This document shows, one piece after another, positions 49,081-59,462 of a DNA stretch of 64,000 nucleotides. The notes beneath the pieces were generated by a model. It saw nothing but the letters and a program-made list of their open reading frames with translations, did not search any database and was not told where the DNA came from. Numbering within the stretch: position 1 is the stretch's first letter; the number at the start of each line of letters is the position of its first letter. Source of the DNA: Candidatus Mediterraneibacter excrementavium (lineage in GTDB: Bacteria > Bacillota > Clostridia > Lachnospirales > Lachnospiraceae); assembly GCA_019120275.1 (NCBI GenBank), contig DWVL01000085.1:16382-80381 (forward strand), given 5' to 3'. The translations under genes and the position numbers were made by a program.

Positions 49081-50160
49081 ATGGAGTGGTGTGTGAGTAT
49101 TTATGAGGAATGGCGTGCGGCCGGTCATAACAGCTTGGTCAGGACTGCAAAGATGATGACGGCTGTGCTTGCTTTCTGTGTGGTGCTGATATGGATGAGC
49201 TTTTCTGCGGCTCCTGCAGAGATGTCCCGCATTCCGTACAGCCGTGGAACGGACGCTGCGGATCGTGATGCCGGCGGCCTGACCGTCCGGAAACCCGTGG
49301 CGGAAGCAGTGCATACACTGGCCGGATCCACAGCTGCTGTTTCAGCAGGATTGCCAGCGGTTGTTCCGGAAGTACTGGCCATACCGGAAGCGGCGGCCGT
49401 TGTGGAAACCCCGGAAGCACCGGTTGTGCCGGAAGCACTGGATATACCGGAAGCGCCGGACGTGCCTGAAGCGCCGGATATACCGGAAACGCCGGTCCTG
49501 CCGGACGTGCCTGAAGCGCCGGATATACCGGATACACCGGCTGTGCCGGATGCACCAGTCGTGCCGGATACGCCGGAAGTGCCGGATGCACCAGTCGTGC
49601 CGGATACACCAGTCGTGCCGGATACACCGACGGTTCCGGATGAATCAGAAGATGCAGACAATGCTGTGCCAGCGGACAGCGGGTTCCTTATAGACGAAAA
49701 CGGGATCATTTACGGTGTGTCGGATCCGGCTCTTGCCATAACAGAGGGAATGCTGAGGATCCCGTCTGAAGGATGCAGCGGCATCGCGGCAGGAACATTC
49801 GCCAGTGGCTTCCCGTCTGTGATCGAGGTCAGCATACCTGCGAATATCACATCGATCGAGGCGGGCGCATTTACCGGCCTTGTGAATGCAGAGTGGTATA
49901 CGGTGGAGCAGAACAGTGTATTTTCAGAGAAAATGGGTGTGCTTCTTTCGGAAGGCGGAACGTGTATTCTTGCGTTCCCGTCCGGACGGACAGGAAAGTA
50001 TAAAGTCCCGGCGGGAATTACCTGTTTTGCAGAGAATGCATTCCTGGATGCGCATATTTCATCTGTGGACGTGTCTGCATGTCCGGCTGAAATGTCTGTC
50101 AGCGTACCGGAACATATTGAAGTGATCAGACACGAAGCATCCGAAAGCGATCTGCCGTGA
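49081..50160 (+). CDS. Membrane-anchored or secreted protein with Pro-rich repeat stalk and BspA-type leucine-rich repeats
   Basis: Hydrophobic N-terminal segment; P(D/E)xP repeats; IPANITSIEAGAF and VPAGITCFAENAF LRR_5-like units. Confidence 0.7.
   Translation: MEWCVSIYEEWRAAGHNSLVRTAKMMTAVLAFCVVLIWMSFSAAPAEMSRIPYSRGTDAADRDAGGLTVRKPVAEAVHTLAGSTAAVSAGLPAVVPEVLAIPEAAAVVETPEAPVVPEALDIPEAPDVPEAPDIPETPVLPDVPEAPDIPDTPAVPDAPVVPDTPEVPDAPVVPDTPVVPDTPTVPDESEDADNAVPADSGFLIDENGIIYGVSDPALAITEGMLRIPSEGCSGIAAGTFASGFPSVIEVSIPANITSIEAGAFTGLVNAEWYTVEQNSVFSEKMGVLLSEGGTCILAFPSGRTGKYKVPAGITCFAENAFLDAHISSVDVSACPAEMSVSVPEHIEVIRHEASESDLP
49363..49641 (+). repeat. Coding 9/18-bp repeat array, P(D/E)(A/T)P(D/V/A)(V/I)
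   Basis: Repeated CCGGA(A/T/C)-starting units such as GTGCCGGATACACCAGTC. Confidence 0.9.
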
Positions 50161-50252
50161 AGATTATTGAAGAATCCCTGGATTTGGTTTATAATATTTC
50201 CGTATAAATGCAATCTGCTGATGTTATACGGCGACAGGGAGGAGGGATCTTC

Positions 50253-51005
50253 ATGAGGGAGAAGAACATACTTCATATTCTGCAGAACAGCAGGCATACG
50301 GTTGTGTTAAGCGGAGCCGGCCTGATGGCTGAGAGCGGGTATCCGCTGCTGCGCGATGGGGCGGAATCCTATGATATTGAGGAAAAGTATGGATATTCGT
50401 TTGAGGAAATCTTCAGCAGCGGCTTTTACGCTGCGCGGAAGGAACTGTTTTTCCGCTTTTATAAAGAGATCCTTCTGAAAAATGCGGAGATGCCGCCGGG
50501 AGAAGGATATCTGGCGCTGAAAGAGCTGCAGGACAAAGGACTGATCAGCACGGTGATCACACGGCGCATAGCAGGTCTCGAAGACCGTGCAGGCTGCCGC
50601 AATGTGATCAATCTGAAGGGCACGATCTTTCATAATATCTGTCCGTCGTGCGGGAGGGACTATCCTGTTGAATATGTGAAAGAAGCAAAAGGCGTGCCGT
50701 TGTGCGAGACATGTATGACGGCTCTCCGACCGGATGTATGTCTGTTCGGTGAGATGATCGACAACGGCCGGATGACGGAGGCGGCCCGGGAAGTGGAGAA
50801 GGCAGACGTGCTGGTCGTACTGGGAGCAAGCCTTGCGTCACCGCTGTGCGGCCAGATGCTTCAGTACTATACGGGTTCGAATCTGATCCTGGTAAACGAC
50901 ACAGAGCATTACTCGGATCAGAGGGCCGATATCATTATCTACGGCAGAAGCGACCGTTTCCTTTCCGATATACTGGCAGAATGCAGGAAACAAAATCAAG
51001 ACTGA
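50253..51005 (+). CDS. Sir2/CobB family protein with degenerate catalytic motifs
   Basis: SGAGLMAESGYP, CPSC...CETC, LRPDVCLFGE, LVVLGASL; TQNID replaced by TRRIA and HG by KG. Confidence 0.85.
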   Translation: MREKNILHILQNSRHTVVLSGAGLMAESGYPLLRDGAESYDIEEKYGYSFEEIFSSGFYAARKELFFRFYKEILLKNAEMPPGEGYLALKELQDKGLISTVITRRIAGLEDRAGCRNVINLKGTIFHNICPSCGRDYPVEYVKEAKGVPLCETCMTALRPDVCLFGEMIDNGRMTEAAREVEKADVLVVLGASLASPLCGQMLQYYTGSNLILVNDTEHYSDQRADIIIYGRSDRFLSDILAECRKQNQD

Positions 51006-51020
51006 ATTTGGAGAGTGAAA

Positions 51021-52484
51021 ATGAGCAGCAAAGTAAGAACAAGATTTGCGCCCAGTCCTACCGGGCGTATGCATGTGGGAAATTTAAGGACAGCACTTTA
51101 CGCGTATCTGATCGCCAAGCATGAAGACGGGGATTTTATCCTCCGCATCGAGGATACGGATCAGGAGCGCTATGTGGAGGGTGCTGTTGACATTATATAC
51201 AGGACGCTCGAGAAGACAGGGCTGATCCATGACGAGGGACCGGATAAGGACCGGGGATATGGTCCATACGTCCAGAGTGAACGCCAGGCGTCCGGGATCT
51301 ATCTGAAATATGCGAAGCAGCTGGTGGAGCAGGGCGATGCCTACTACTGTTTCTGTGACAAAGCAAGGCTGGATACGCTCCGCACCTCGGTTTCAGAGGA
51401 CGGGACGGATATTGTCGTATATGACAAACACTGCCTGGGACTGAGCAGAGAAGAGGTGGAAGCGAATCTGGCGGCAGGAAAGCCGTGGGTGATCCGCCTG
51501 AATGTGCCGAACGAAGGAGAGACGACCTTCCATGATGAGATCTACGGGGATATCACCGTGCCGAATAACGAACTGGACGACATGATCCTGATCAAGTCGG
51601 ACGGATTTCCGACCTATAATTTTGCCAACGTGGTAGACGACCACCTGATGGGGATCACTCATGTGGTAAGAGGAAACGAGTATCTGGCGTCAGCGCCCAA
51701 GTACAACCGTCTCTATGAGGCGTTCGGCTGGGAGATCCCGGTCTATGTGCACTGTCCGCTGATCACGGATGAGAGCCATAAGAAGCTGAGTAAACGGAGC
51801 GGCCATTCTTCATATGAAGATCTGATCGACCAGGGATTCGTATCAGAAGCCGTTGTAAACTATGTGGCGCTGCTCGGCTGGTGCCCGACAGACAACCGGG
51901 AGATCTTTTCACTGGAAGAGCTGGTGAAGGAGTTTGACTACCGGCATATGAGCAAATCGCCGGCGGTATTTGACACGGTGAAACTGAAATGGATGAACGG
52001 GGAGTACCTCAAGGCCATGGATTTTGACTGTTTCTATGAGATGGCGGAGCCGTACATCCGGAAAACCGTGACGAAAGACTATGACCTGAAGAAGATCGCG
52101 GCGCTTGTGAAGACAAGGATCGAGATCTTCCCGGACATTAATGACCAGATTGATTTTATTGAGGAACTGCCGGATTATGACTGCGAGCTTTACAGGCATA
52201 AGAAGATGAAGACAGATCCGGAGAAGGGACTTGCCCTTCTGGAGGAAGTGCTTCCGCTCCTGGAAGCACAGGATGATTACAGCAATGACGCCCTCTTTGA
52301 ACTTTTAAAAGGTTTTGCGGAGGAGAAAGGATACAAGATCGGATATGTGATGTGGCCGCTTAGGACCGCCGTGTCAGGCAGGCAGAGCACGCCGGGCGGT
52401 GCAACCGAGCTGATGGAAGTTTTCGGAAAGGAAGAGTCCCTTCACAGGATCCGAAAAGGAATAGAAAAGCTTCATGACATTTAA
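51021..52484 (+). CDS. gltX: Glutamate--tRNA ligase
   Basis: [12 protein letters not shown] (HIGH), RIEDTD, KLSKR (KMSKS). Confidence 0.98.
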   Translation: MSSKVRTRFAPSPTGRMHVGNLRTALYAYLIAKHEDGDFILRIEDTDQERYVEGAVDIIYRTLEKTGLIHDEGPDKDRGYGPYVQSERQASGIYLKYAKQLVEQGDAYYCFCDKARLDTLRTSVSEDGTDIVVYDKHCLGLSREEVEANLAAGKPWVIRLNVPNEGETTFHDEIYGDITVPNNELDDMILIKSDGFPTYNFANVVDDHLMGITHVVRGNEYLASAPKYNRLYEAFGWEIPVYVHCPLITDESHKKLSKRSGHSSYEDLIDQGFVSEAVVNYVALLGWCPTDNREIFSLEELVKEFDYRHMSKSPAVFDTVKLKWMNGEYLKAMDFDCFYEMAEPYIRKTVTKDYDLKKIAALVKTRIEIFPDINDQIDFIEELPDYDCELYRHKKMKTDPEKGLALLEEVLPLLEAQDDYSNDALFELLKGFAEEKGYKIGYVMWPLRTAVSGRQSTPGGATELMEVFGKEESLHRIRKGIEKLHDI

Positions 52485-54315
52485 TCGGGAACAGATGCAA
52501 GCGGTCTGTCACAGAACCGGGCCCTGTCAGGTATTGGCAGGGCCCGGTTCCGGTAAGACCCTCACGATCGTGAACAGGATCAGATATCTGATCGAAGAAT
52601 GCAAGGTCAGGCCGGAGGAGATCCTGGTCGTTACATTTACACGCTATGCGGCGGCAGAAATGAAATCCAGACTGTGCACGCTGATGGGGAGGAACAGCGT
52701 TCCGGTCACCGCGGGCACATTTCACGGGATCTTTTACGGGATCCTGAAGTGGGCTTTCCGCATCAGCGGACAGAATATCCTCTCGGAGGAAGAAAAATAC
52801 CAGATCCTGCGCCAGACAGTCAGCAGCCAGGACGTTGACTCGCTGGACGAAGAAGAGTTTCTCCTGGATCTGGCGGAAGAGATCGGACGGGTAAAGAACG
52901 GACTGATCCCGCTGGAAGAGTACGTGTCTGACAAATGCAGGCCGGAGCGTTTCAGAGAGATTTACAGGAAATACGAGGAAAAGAGGAAAGCGGTCCGCAA
53001 ACTGGATTTTGATGATATGCTGACAACCTGTTATGAACTGTTCGCGTCCAGACCGGATGTGCTGAAAATGTGGCAGCAGAAATTCCGGTACATCCTGGTG
53101 GATGAATTTCAGGATATCAACCGGGTTCAGTATGATGTGATCCGTATGCTTGCGCTTCCGGAGAACAATCTGTTCGTGGTCGGGGATGACGACCAGGCGA
53201 TTTACGGTTTCCGCGGAGCTGACCCGGAACTGATGTTCCACTTCCGGAAAGATTATCCGGATGCCAGGCAGATCATCCTGGGCAAGAATTACCGTTCGGC
53301 GGGAAATATCGTCCGCAATTCTCTGAAAGTGATCGGCCATAATGAGCATCGGTTTATTAAAAAGCTGGAAGCAGTGAAAGACAGGGGCGCCTGCCTGCAT
53401 GTTCAGGAACTGAAAGATCCGAATGAGGAAGCGCAGTATGCGGCAGATGAGATCGAGAACCGGATCCGGGCGGGGATCCCGGCGGATGAGATCGCCGTAC
53501 TCTTCCGGATCCATACGGATGCCCGCCCGCTGGCGGAAGAACTGGTGCGGCGCCGGATCCCCTTCCGGATGCGGGAGCAGCTGCCGAATCTGTATGAACA
53601 TTTTATTGCCAGGGATCTGCAGGCTTATATCCGGCTGTCGCTTGGAAGCGCGGACAGAGGGGATTTTCTGCGGGTGATGAACCGGCCGAAACGTTATATC
53701 GGCAGGGACAGCCTGTCCGGGGAGGATCTTTCTTTTGAGGCGATCCGCTGTTTTTACTGTGACAAGGACTGGATGCTGGACCGGATCGACCAGTTTGAGT
53801 GGGATGTGAAGATGCTGTCCCGCATGGCTCCGTATGCCGCGATCCAGTATATCAGAAAACGGATCGGGTATGATGATTTCCTGAAAGATTATGCATATAC
53901 ATCGGGAATCGAACGGGCGGATCTGAATGAAGTAATGCTGGAGATCGAAGAGGCTGCAAAGCCTTATGCATCGGGTGAGGAATGGCTGACGCATATCCGG
54001 GAATATACGGAAACACTGCGGCTGAAGGAAAAAGAGAGGAACAGTGAGGGAGAGGGCGTCAGACTGATGACCCTCCATGCGGCGAAAGGACTGGAATTCC
54101 GTACAGTGCTCATAATCGGGGCGAATGAGGGGCGGATGCCTTATCAGAAAGCCAGGACGGATGCGGAGATTGAAGAGGAGAGACGGCTCTTCTATGTGGG
54201 AATGACCAGAGCCAGGGATGAACTGAAGGTCTGTTATGTGAAAATAAAAAACGGGAAAGCCGTAAAACCTTCCCGTTTTGCAGAAGAGCTTCTGGAAGAA
54301 GCGGATCAGCATTAA
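52474..54315 (+). CDS. UvrD/PcrA family SF1 helicase
   Basis: [55 protein letters not shown]. Confidence 0.95.
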   Translation: MTFNREQMQAVCHRTGPCQVLAGPGSGKTLTIVNRIRYLIEECKVRPEEILVVTFTRYAAAEMKSRLCTLMGRNSVPVTAGTFHGIFYGILKWAFRISGQNILSEEEKYQILRQTVSSQDVDSLDEEEFLLDLAEEIGRVKNGLIPLEEYVSDKCRPERFREIYRKYEEKRKAVRKLDFDDMLTTCYELFASRPDVLKMWQQKFRYILVDEFQDINRVQYDVIRMLALPENNLFVVGDDDQAIYGFRGADPELMFHFRKDYPDARQIILGKNYRSAGNIVRNSLKVIGHNEHRFIKKLEAVKDRGACLHVQELKDPNEEAQYAADEIENRIRAGIPADEIAVLFRIHTDARPLAEELVRRRIPFRMREQLPNLYEHFIARDLQAYIRLSLGSADRGDFLRVMNRPKRYIGRDSLSGEDLSFEAIRCFYCDKDWMLDRIDQFEWDVKMLSRMAPYAAIQYIRKRIGYDDFLKDYAYTSGIERADLNEVMLEIEEAAKPYASGEEWLTHIREYTETLRLKEKERNSEGEGVRLMTLHAAKGLEFRTVLIIGANEGRMPYQKARTDAEIEEERRLFYVGMTRARDELKVCYVKIKNGKAVKPSRFAEELLEEADQH

Positions 54316-54620
54316 GGCTCGATATCATCCAGGTCGATATCACCGAAATCCTGTGCATCCATCCAGTCATTGAACGCTTCAGAAGCGCGTTCAAATTCAT
54401 CATCATCCGCGATGTTTTCCAGACCGGGTTCTTCATCTTCACCGTTATCGATCAGGCGGTACAGAAAGATCTGTCCGTCGTCGCTGTCCTCGTCGGCTGT
54501 AACCGGAAGAAGAGCAATGTACTGGCGGGAATCCGCTTCAAAGATGGCAATCACATCGCAGTCCAGTTCCTCATCGTTTTCCAGAGTCAGTGTTACGGTC
54601 AGGGATTCATTTTCAATCAT
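54312..54620 (-). CDS. Small acidic protein, DUF1292-like
   Basis: VTLTLENDEELDC.VIAIFE...YIALLP...LENI.DDDEFE; ATG 54620 after AAGGAG. Confidence 0.8.
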   Translation of the reverse strand: MIENESLTVTLTLENDEELDCDVIAIFEADSRQYIALLPVTADEDSDDGQIFLYRLIDNGEDEEPGLENIADDDEFERASEAFNDWMDAQDFGDIDLDDIEP

Positions 54621-54708
54621 AAAATCAATTCTCCTTCTTATGCAGTTTGATGTTTCTAAAAAGAGAGTATCAGAAAGAGTAAGAAAAAGCAAGTTGCGCT
54701 TCATTCTA

Positions 54709-54736
54709 TTGACATTCCACTGAAACACGGTAGAAT
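54709..54736 (+). promoter_or_regulatory. sigmaA-type promoter upstream of the sugar-binding protein gene
   Basis: TTGACA-16 bp-TAGAAT. Confidence 0.6.
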
Positions 54737-54785
54737 GAAAGAGAAAGCGGGCAGAAGGAATTACAGCGGGGAGAGGCATGGAAAG

Positions 54786-55778
54786 ATGGTGAAAAAAAAG
54801 CATTTTTTCATTTTGATGCCGGTGTTTCTGATCTGGGCAGTGACAGGATGCAAGCAGAATGTCGGGACTCCGGAAGACAATGCAGTTGTAGAAGAAACAG
54901 AAGAGGAAGATGACGGACAGCAGGACAGGCTGTTCGGATTCAGCTGCCCGGATCTTTCGGATCCCTATTATGAAGTGCTGAAAGATTCGGTGGCAATCGG
55001 ACTTGAGGATCAGGGGGACCGGATCCTTGTGAGAGATGCGGAGAGAGACGCAGAGAAGCAGGATGCCCAGATCCGGGAGATGGCAGAGGCCGGTGTGTCG
55101 GCTGTTTTTCTGACCCCGGTTGACCCGGAAGGCATAACACCGGCTCTGGATTATCTGAAGGAAGCCGGGATCCCGGTCATTAATCTGGATATACGCGTAC
55201 AGGAAACCAGCCTTACGGACGCTTTTGTCGGAGCAGACAACTACAGCGCAGGTGCTGTCTGTGCGGAAGACCTGATGCGCAGGATGCCTGCCGGAGGGAG
55301 GATCGGGATTATCGAATGCCCTTCGGTCAGTTCTGTTGCGGAGAGGATCAACGGATTTGAAGAGACGATACAGGACGCCGGATTCGAGATCGTCAGGCGG
55401 ATCGACACAAAGCAGGATGATGCACTGCTGAACAGCGAACTGACCCGGCTGCTTGCGGATGAAAATTTTCCTGACGCACTGATGTGCGGGGATGACGGGA
55501 TGGCGCTTGCAGCCATGGAAATGATCCGGAACGCAGGACGCAATGATGTCATCATCTACAGCGTAGGCGGATCGCCGGCGGTGAAAAGCGCGTTGAAGAC
55601 AACGGATTCCGCACTGGCGGGGATCGGGGCGCTTTCCCCGATCAGCATGGGAAAAAGCGCGATAAAAACAGCGGCCGCGATCCTGGAAAACAGGGTGTAT
55701 GAATCAGATATCTATGTTGAAACGTTCTTTATCGACAGGGAAAATATAGACATGTATGGAACAGACGGCTGGCAGTAA
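54786..55778 (+). CDS. RbsB-like sugar-binding lipoprotein (no adjacent permease or ATPase)
   Basis: Lipobox VTGC; AVFLTPVD, IPVINLD, FVGADNYSAG, ERINGF, DDGMA, P..MG pattern. Confidence 0.85.
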   Translation: MVKKKHFFILMPVFLIWAVTGCKQNVGTPEDNAVVEETEEEDDGQQDRLFGFSCPDLSDPYYEVLKDSVAIGLEDQGDRILVRDAERDAEKQDAQIREMAEAGVSAVFLTPVDPEGITPALDYLKEAGIPVINLDIRVQETSLTDAFVGADNYSAGAVCAEDLMRRMPAGGRIGIIECPSVSSVAERINGFEETIQDAGFEIVRRIDTKQDDALLNSELTRLLADENFPDALMCGDDGMALAAMEMIRNAGRNDVIIYSVGGSPAVKSALKTTDSALAGIGALSPISMGKSAIKTAAAILENRVYESDIYVETFFIDRENIDMYGTDGWQ

Positions 55779-55792
55779 GAAAGGAACGGAAT

Positions 55793-57628
55793 ATGAAAAA
55801 AATACAGGGTAGACCACAGCCATTCGGCGCGTATGTCGAAGGCGGAAAAGTGAATTTTGCAGTACAGGTCCCGGCGGGGGAAAAGTGTGAGTTGCTGCTC
55901 TACAGAGCGGGGAAAACGCAGCCGAAATACCGGATGGAGATGCCGGAAGAGGAAGGGATCGGCGAAGTGCGCTTCCTGGCGGTTGAAGACATAGATGCAG
56001 AAAAATACGAATATAATTTTATGATCGGTGACGAAGTCTGCATCGACCCGTTCGTAAAGGAGATCGCAGGAAAAGGTGCGTTTGGCAGACGTTGTCCGTC
56101 AGCACCGGAACGGCTGACGGAGCCGGAAATGCAGAGGAAGGACACGGAGGCAGCGCATCAGATCCGCGGCAAACTCGTATCTGAAGAGTATGACTGGAAG
56201 GGCGACAGGCGTCTTCACATCCCGTGGAATGAAGTGATCGCTTACAGCCTCCATGTGAGAGGATTTACAAAACACAGATCTTCAAAGGCAGCGCATAAAG
56301 GCACCTTCCAGGGCGTGATCGAGAAGATCCCGTATCTGAAGGAACTGGGGATCAATCAGATCCAGTGTATGCCGGTGTATGAGTTTGACGAGTGCGCGAA
56401 GGCGAAGATCAATTACTGGGGGTATGGACCGGCTTATTTCTTCGCACCGAAAGAATCCTATGCAGCCGGACGTTCCGCGGTCCATGAACTTAAGGATATG
56501 GTGCGCGAGTGTCACAGCGCCGGGATCGAAGTCGTGCTGGAGATGCCGTTCGCGCAGGGAACTGCGCCTCAGACTGCGCTGGAATGCCTGCGGTTTTATA
56601 TGATGGAATATCATATTGACGGGTTCGTGGTCAATCCCTATATTGTACCGTGGGATATGCTCAGCGGCGATCCGTTCCTTAAGGATATCAAGCTGATACG
56701 CAAGGATGACGGATTCCAGAATATCATGCGCCGTTTCCTGAAAGGCGACGAAAATATGGTGAACGATGTGATCTGCGGACTCCGCCATAATTCTGCCGTG
56801 GACGGAAAGTGTAATTATATCACAGCCCATACGGGATTTACGCTGTGGGATCTGGTATCATACGATGGCAAACACAATGAGGCCAACGGGGAAAATAATT
56901 CGGATGGCCCGGATTACAATTACAGCTGGAACTGCGGCGCAGAAGGACCGAGCCGCAAGAAGGCGGTGCTGAGTCTGAGAAAGAATCAGGTCCGCAATGC
57001 CATGTTTCTGCTGCTTACAGCCCAGGGAACGCCGTGTCTGCTCGCGGGCGATGAATTTTATAACAGCCAGAATGGTAATAATAATGTATACTGCCAGGAT
57101 AATGAGACGGCATGGGTGGACTGGAGCAGGCTGAAGACAGATGATTCGCTGTTCCGGTTTGTAAAAGAACTGATCGCTTTCAGGAAAAAATATCCCTGCC
57201 TTCACAGAAAAGAGGAACTGCAGGGACTTGACCGGACAGCATGCGGCATGCCGGATGTGTCATACCATGGTGAACATGCATGGCGTGTGCAGGCGGATGT
57301 GGCCAGCCGTCAGCTGGGCGTCCTGTACTCGGGTGCGGACACAGGTACAGAGAACTGTTTTGTCGCATACAACATGCACTGGCTGCCTCACAGCTATGCG
57401 CTTCCGTCTCCCGGAAAAGACCGGAAATGGTGCCTGGCCGGTGATACGGAGAGAGGGATACTGGATGTCCCCGGGGAGCTGGAAGATCAGAAGAATATCG
57501 AACTTCCGTTCCGGAGTGTTGCAGTGCTTGTGAGCGTAAAGTGTGAGCAGAGAGAAGAAAAGAAAAAAAACCGTCCGCGGAGCAGGAAGACGACAGAGAA
57601 AAATAAGGATGGTCAGGGTAAAGCATGA
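55793..57628 (+). CDS. GlgX/isoamylase-like GH13 protein, probably non-catalytic
   Basis: G.PQPFGA CBM48-like start, HVRGFT, MPVYEF, NYWGY, KHNEANGENN.DG, SWNCGAEG, GDEF.NSQ.GNNNVYCQDN; catalytic motifs altered. Confidence 0.85.
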   Translation: MKKIQGRPQPFGAYVEGGKVNFAVQVPAGEKCELLLYRAGKTQPKYRMEMPEEEGIGEVRFLAVEDIDAEKYEYNFMIGDEVCIDPFVKEIAGKGAFGRRCPSAPERLTEPEMQRKDTEAAHQIRGKLVSEEYDWKGDRRLHIPWNEVIAYSLHVRGFTKHRSSKAAHKGTFQGVIEKIPYLKELGINQIQCMPVYEFDECAKAKINYWGYGPAYFFAPKESYAAGRSAVHELKDMVRECHSAGIEVVLEMPFAQGTAPQTALECLRFYMMEYHIDGFVVNPYIVPWDMLSGDPFLKDIKLIRKDDGFQNIMRRFLKGDENMVNDVICGLRHNSAVDGKCNYITAHTGFTLWDLVSYDGKHNEANGENNSDGPDYNYSWNCGAEGPSRKKAVLSLRKNQVRNAMFLLLTAQGTPCLLAGDEFYNSQNGNNNVYCQDNETAWVDWSRLKTDDSLFRFVKELIAFRKKYPCLHRKEELQGLDRTACGMPDVSYHGEHAWRVQADVASRQLGVLYSGADTGTENCFVAYNMHWLPHSYALPSPGKDRKWCLAGDTERGILDVPGELEDQKNIELPFRSVAVLVSVKCEQREEKKKNRPRSRKTTEKNKDGQGKA

Positions 57629-58191
57629 AGGCTCTGCAGCATTTTACTACCATAACAAAGCATAAGATCCTGGTCATGAAAGAATGTTTCCGGGTAGGAC
57701 TGTACCGGCAGGGCCTGCTCCATGATCTGTCAAAATACAGCCCGACGGAATTTCTGGTGGGCTGTAAATATTACCAGGGAACGCGCAGCCCCAATAACGC
57801 GGAGCGTGAGGAAAGAGGGTATTCCTCTGCCTGGCTCCATCATAAGGGGAGAAATAAGCATCACTATGAATACTGGATCGATTACGGTGCGGAAGGCGAG
57901 CGGATGCTCACCGGCATGAAGATGCCGGTCCGCTATGTCGTGGAGATGTTCCTGGACCGCATCGCAGCCAGCAAAGTCTATAAAGGAGATGCCTACCGTG
58001 ACAGTGATCCGCTGGAGTATTATCTGGGCGGAAAGGCCGGCGATATGATGCATCCGGAGACAAGAGCGCTTCTGGAGAAGCTGCTTTATATGCTGGCTGA
58101 ACGCGGGGAAGAACAGACTTACTGTTATGTAAGGGAAAAGGTATTAAAGCGCAGGCGGCGTCATTCGGGATATGTAAGCCGGCAGTCCTGA
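57625..58191 (+). CDS. HD-like protein (DUF5662-like)
   Basis: HK, HDLSKY, HHKGRNKHHYEYW, EMFLDR; ATGA overlap with the upstream stop. Confidence 0.7.
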   Translation: MKALQHFTTITKHKILVMKECFRVGLYRQGLLHDLSKYSPTEFLVGCKYYQGTRSPNNAEREERGYSSAWLHHKGRNKHHYEYWIDYGAEGERMLTGMKMPVRYVVEMFLDRIAASKVYKGDAYRDSDPLEYYLGGKAGDMMHPETRALLEKLLYMLAERGEEQTYCYVREKVLKRRRRHSGYVSRQS

Positions 58192-58640
58192 ATATCTGTC
58201 AGCACGTTATCCAGATATCTTTTTGCAAGCCAGCGCGCCATGGGCAGATTCATATCCAGCCAGTTGCCGCAGTCTTTCGGTGAAGCGCCCGGGATCTCCC
58301 CGTCGTAGGATGCGATGAAGGAGAACATTTCAGTCATCAGGGGCACAATGTCCTTTGACTCGTAATCGCCTGCCAGAAGGAGATAGAATCCGGTGCGGCA
58401 TCCCATGGGGCCGAAGTAGATCACCCGGTCCCTGAATGTCTCGTGATTTCTCAGGAACGTAGCACCAAGATGCTCGATGGTATGTACTTCTGCGGTGTTC
58501 ATGACCGGCTCGTCATTCGGACTGGTCATGCGGATATCGAATGTGGTGATCACCGCTCCGCCGGCATGGTCTTTTCTGGATACATAGATGCCCGGTAGAA
58601 GGCGGATATGGTCAACTGTGAAACTTGCGATTTTTTCCAT
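58161..58640 (-). CDS. luxS: S-ribosylhomocysteine lyase
   Basis: SFTVDH, HTIEH, PMGCRTGFY, CGN. Confidence 0.97.
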   Translation of the reverse strand: MEKIASFTVDHIRLLPGIYVSRKDHAGGAVITTFDIRMTSPNDEPVMNTAEVHTIEHLGATFLRNHETFRDRVIYFGPMGCRTGFYLLLAGDYESKDIVPLMTEMFSFIASYDGEIPGASPKDCGNWLDMNLPMARWLAKRYLDNVLTDIQDCRLTYPE

Positions 58641-58781
58641 AAGTATTGGGTTCCTTTCCCGGCGCCGGTATGATTCGGCGCTGTTTTCAGTTATTATCGT
58701 TAGATATTATAGTCTGTTGCATGTTAAAAGGCAAGGGAGTATACTGAGATGCAGGAGAAAGCAGAAAGGAGTACGGGACAA

Positions 58782-59420
58782 ATGATGATGTATATCGTCC
58801 GCCACGGGGAGACAGAATGGAATCGTCTCCGCCGCGTGCAGGGGCATACGGATATTGAACTGAATGATTACGGGAGAAGGCTGGCGCGCGAGACAGCTGC
58901 CGGCATGGAAGATGTGCATCTGGATCTGTGTTTTACGAGTCCGCTGAAACGGGCGAAGGAGACAGCGCTGCTTGTCCTGGGAGACAGGACGATCCCGGTA
59001 TATGACGAACCAAGGATACAGGAGATCGGTTTCGGAAGCTATGAGGGCGTGCAGATCGGCGGGGAAGATGAAAAAAGCCGTTTGTTCGCACGTTTCTTTT
59101 CCGATACTGGGCATTATGCCGCCCCGGAAGACGGGGAGACGGTGCAGATGCTTTATGAACGGACGGGAGATTTCCTGAGGGAAATGATCTCGCGGGAGGA
59201 CCTGGCGGATAAAAATATCCTGGTATCCACGCATGGCGCAGCGATGACCGCTCTTCTCAACAGGATCAAAGGAAATCTCTCTGTGGCGCATTTCTGGAAA
59301 GATGAGGTCCCGCCGAATTGTTCGGTCACGATCGTGCGTATTGAAAACGGAAAAACGGAAATCCTGAAAGAAGGCGTGATCTTTTATAAAGAACAGGTGA
59401 AAAAGTGGAAGAGCGTATGA
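58782..59420 (+). CDS. Histidine phosphatase family protein
   Basis: RHGETEWN, SPLKRAKET, EIGFGSYEG, STHG. Confidence 0.92.
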   Translation: MMMYIVRHGETEWNRLRRVQGHTDIELNDYGRRLARETAAGMEDVHLDLCFTSPLKRAKETALLVLGDRTIPVYDEPRIQEIGFGSYEGVQIGGEDEKSRLFARFFSDTGHYAAPEDGETVQMLYERTGDFLREMISREDLADKNILVSTHGAAMTALLNRIKGNLSVAHFWKDEVPPNCSVTIVRIENGKTEILKEGVIFYKEQVKKWKSV

Positions 59421-59462
59421 TACAATAAGAACAGGACGAATACAGAAAAGGCGGGTGACATT

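Noticed and set aside
52474-54315. UvrD helicase plus Sir2 as an anti-phage system
   Set aside because: The Sir2 is CobB-like with a zinc domain rather than a defence SIR2 NADase type, the genes flank essential gltX, and no nuclease partner is present
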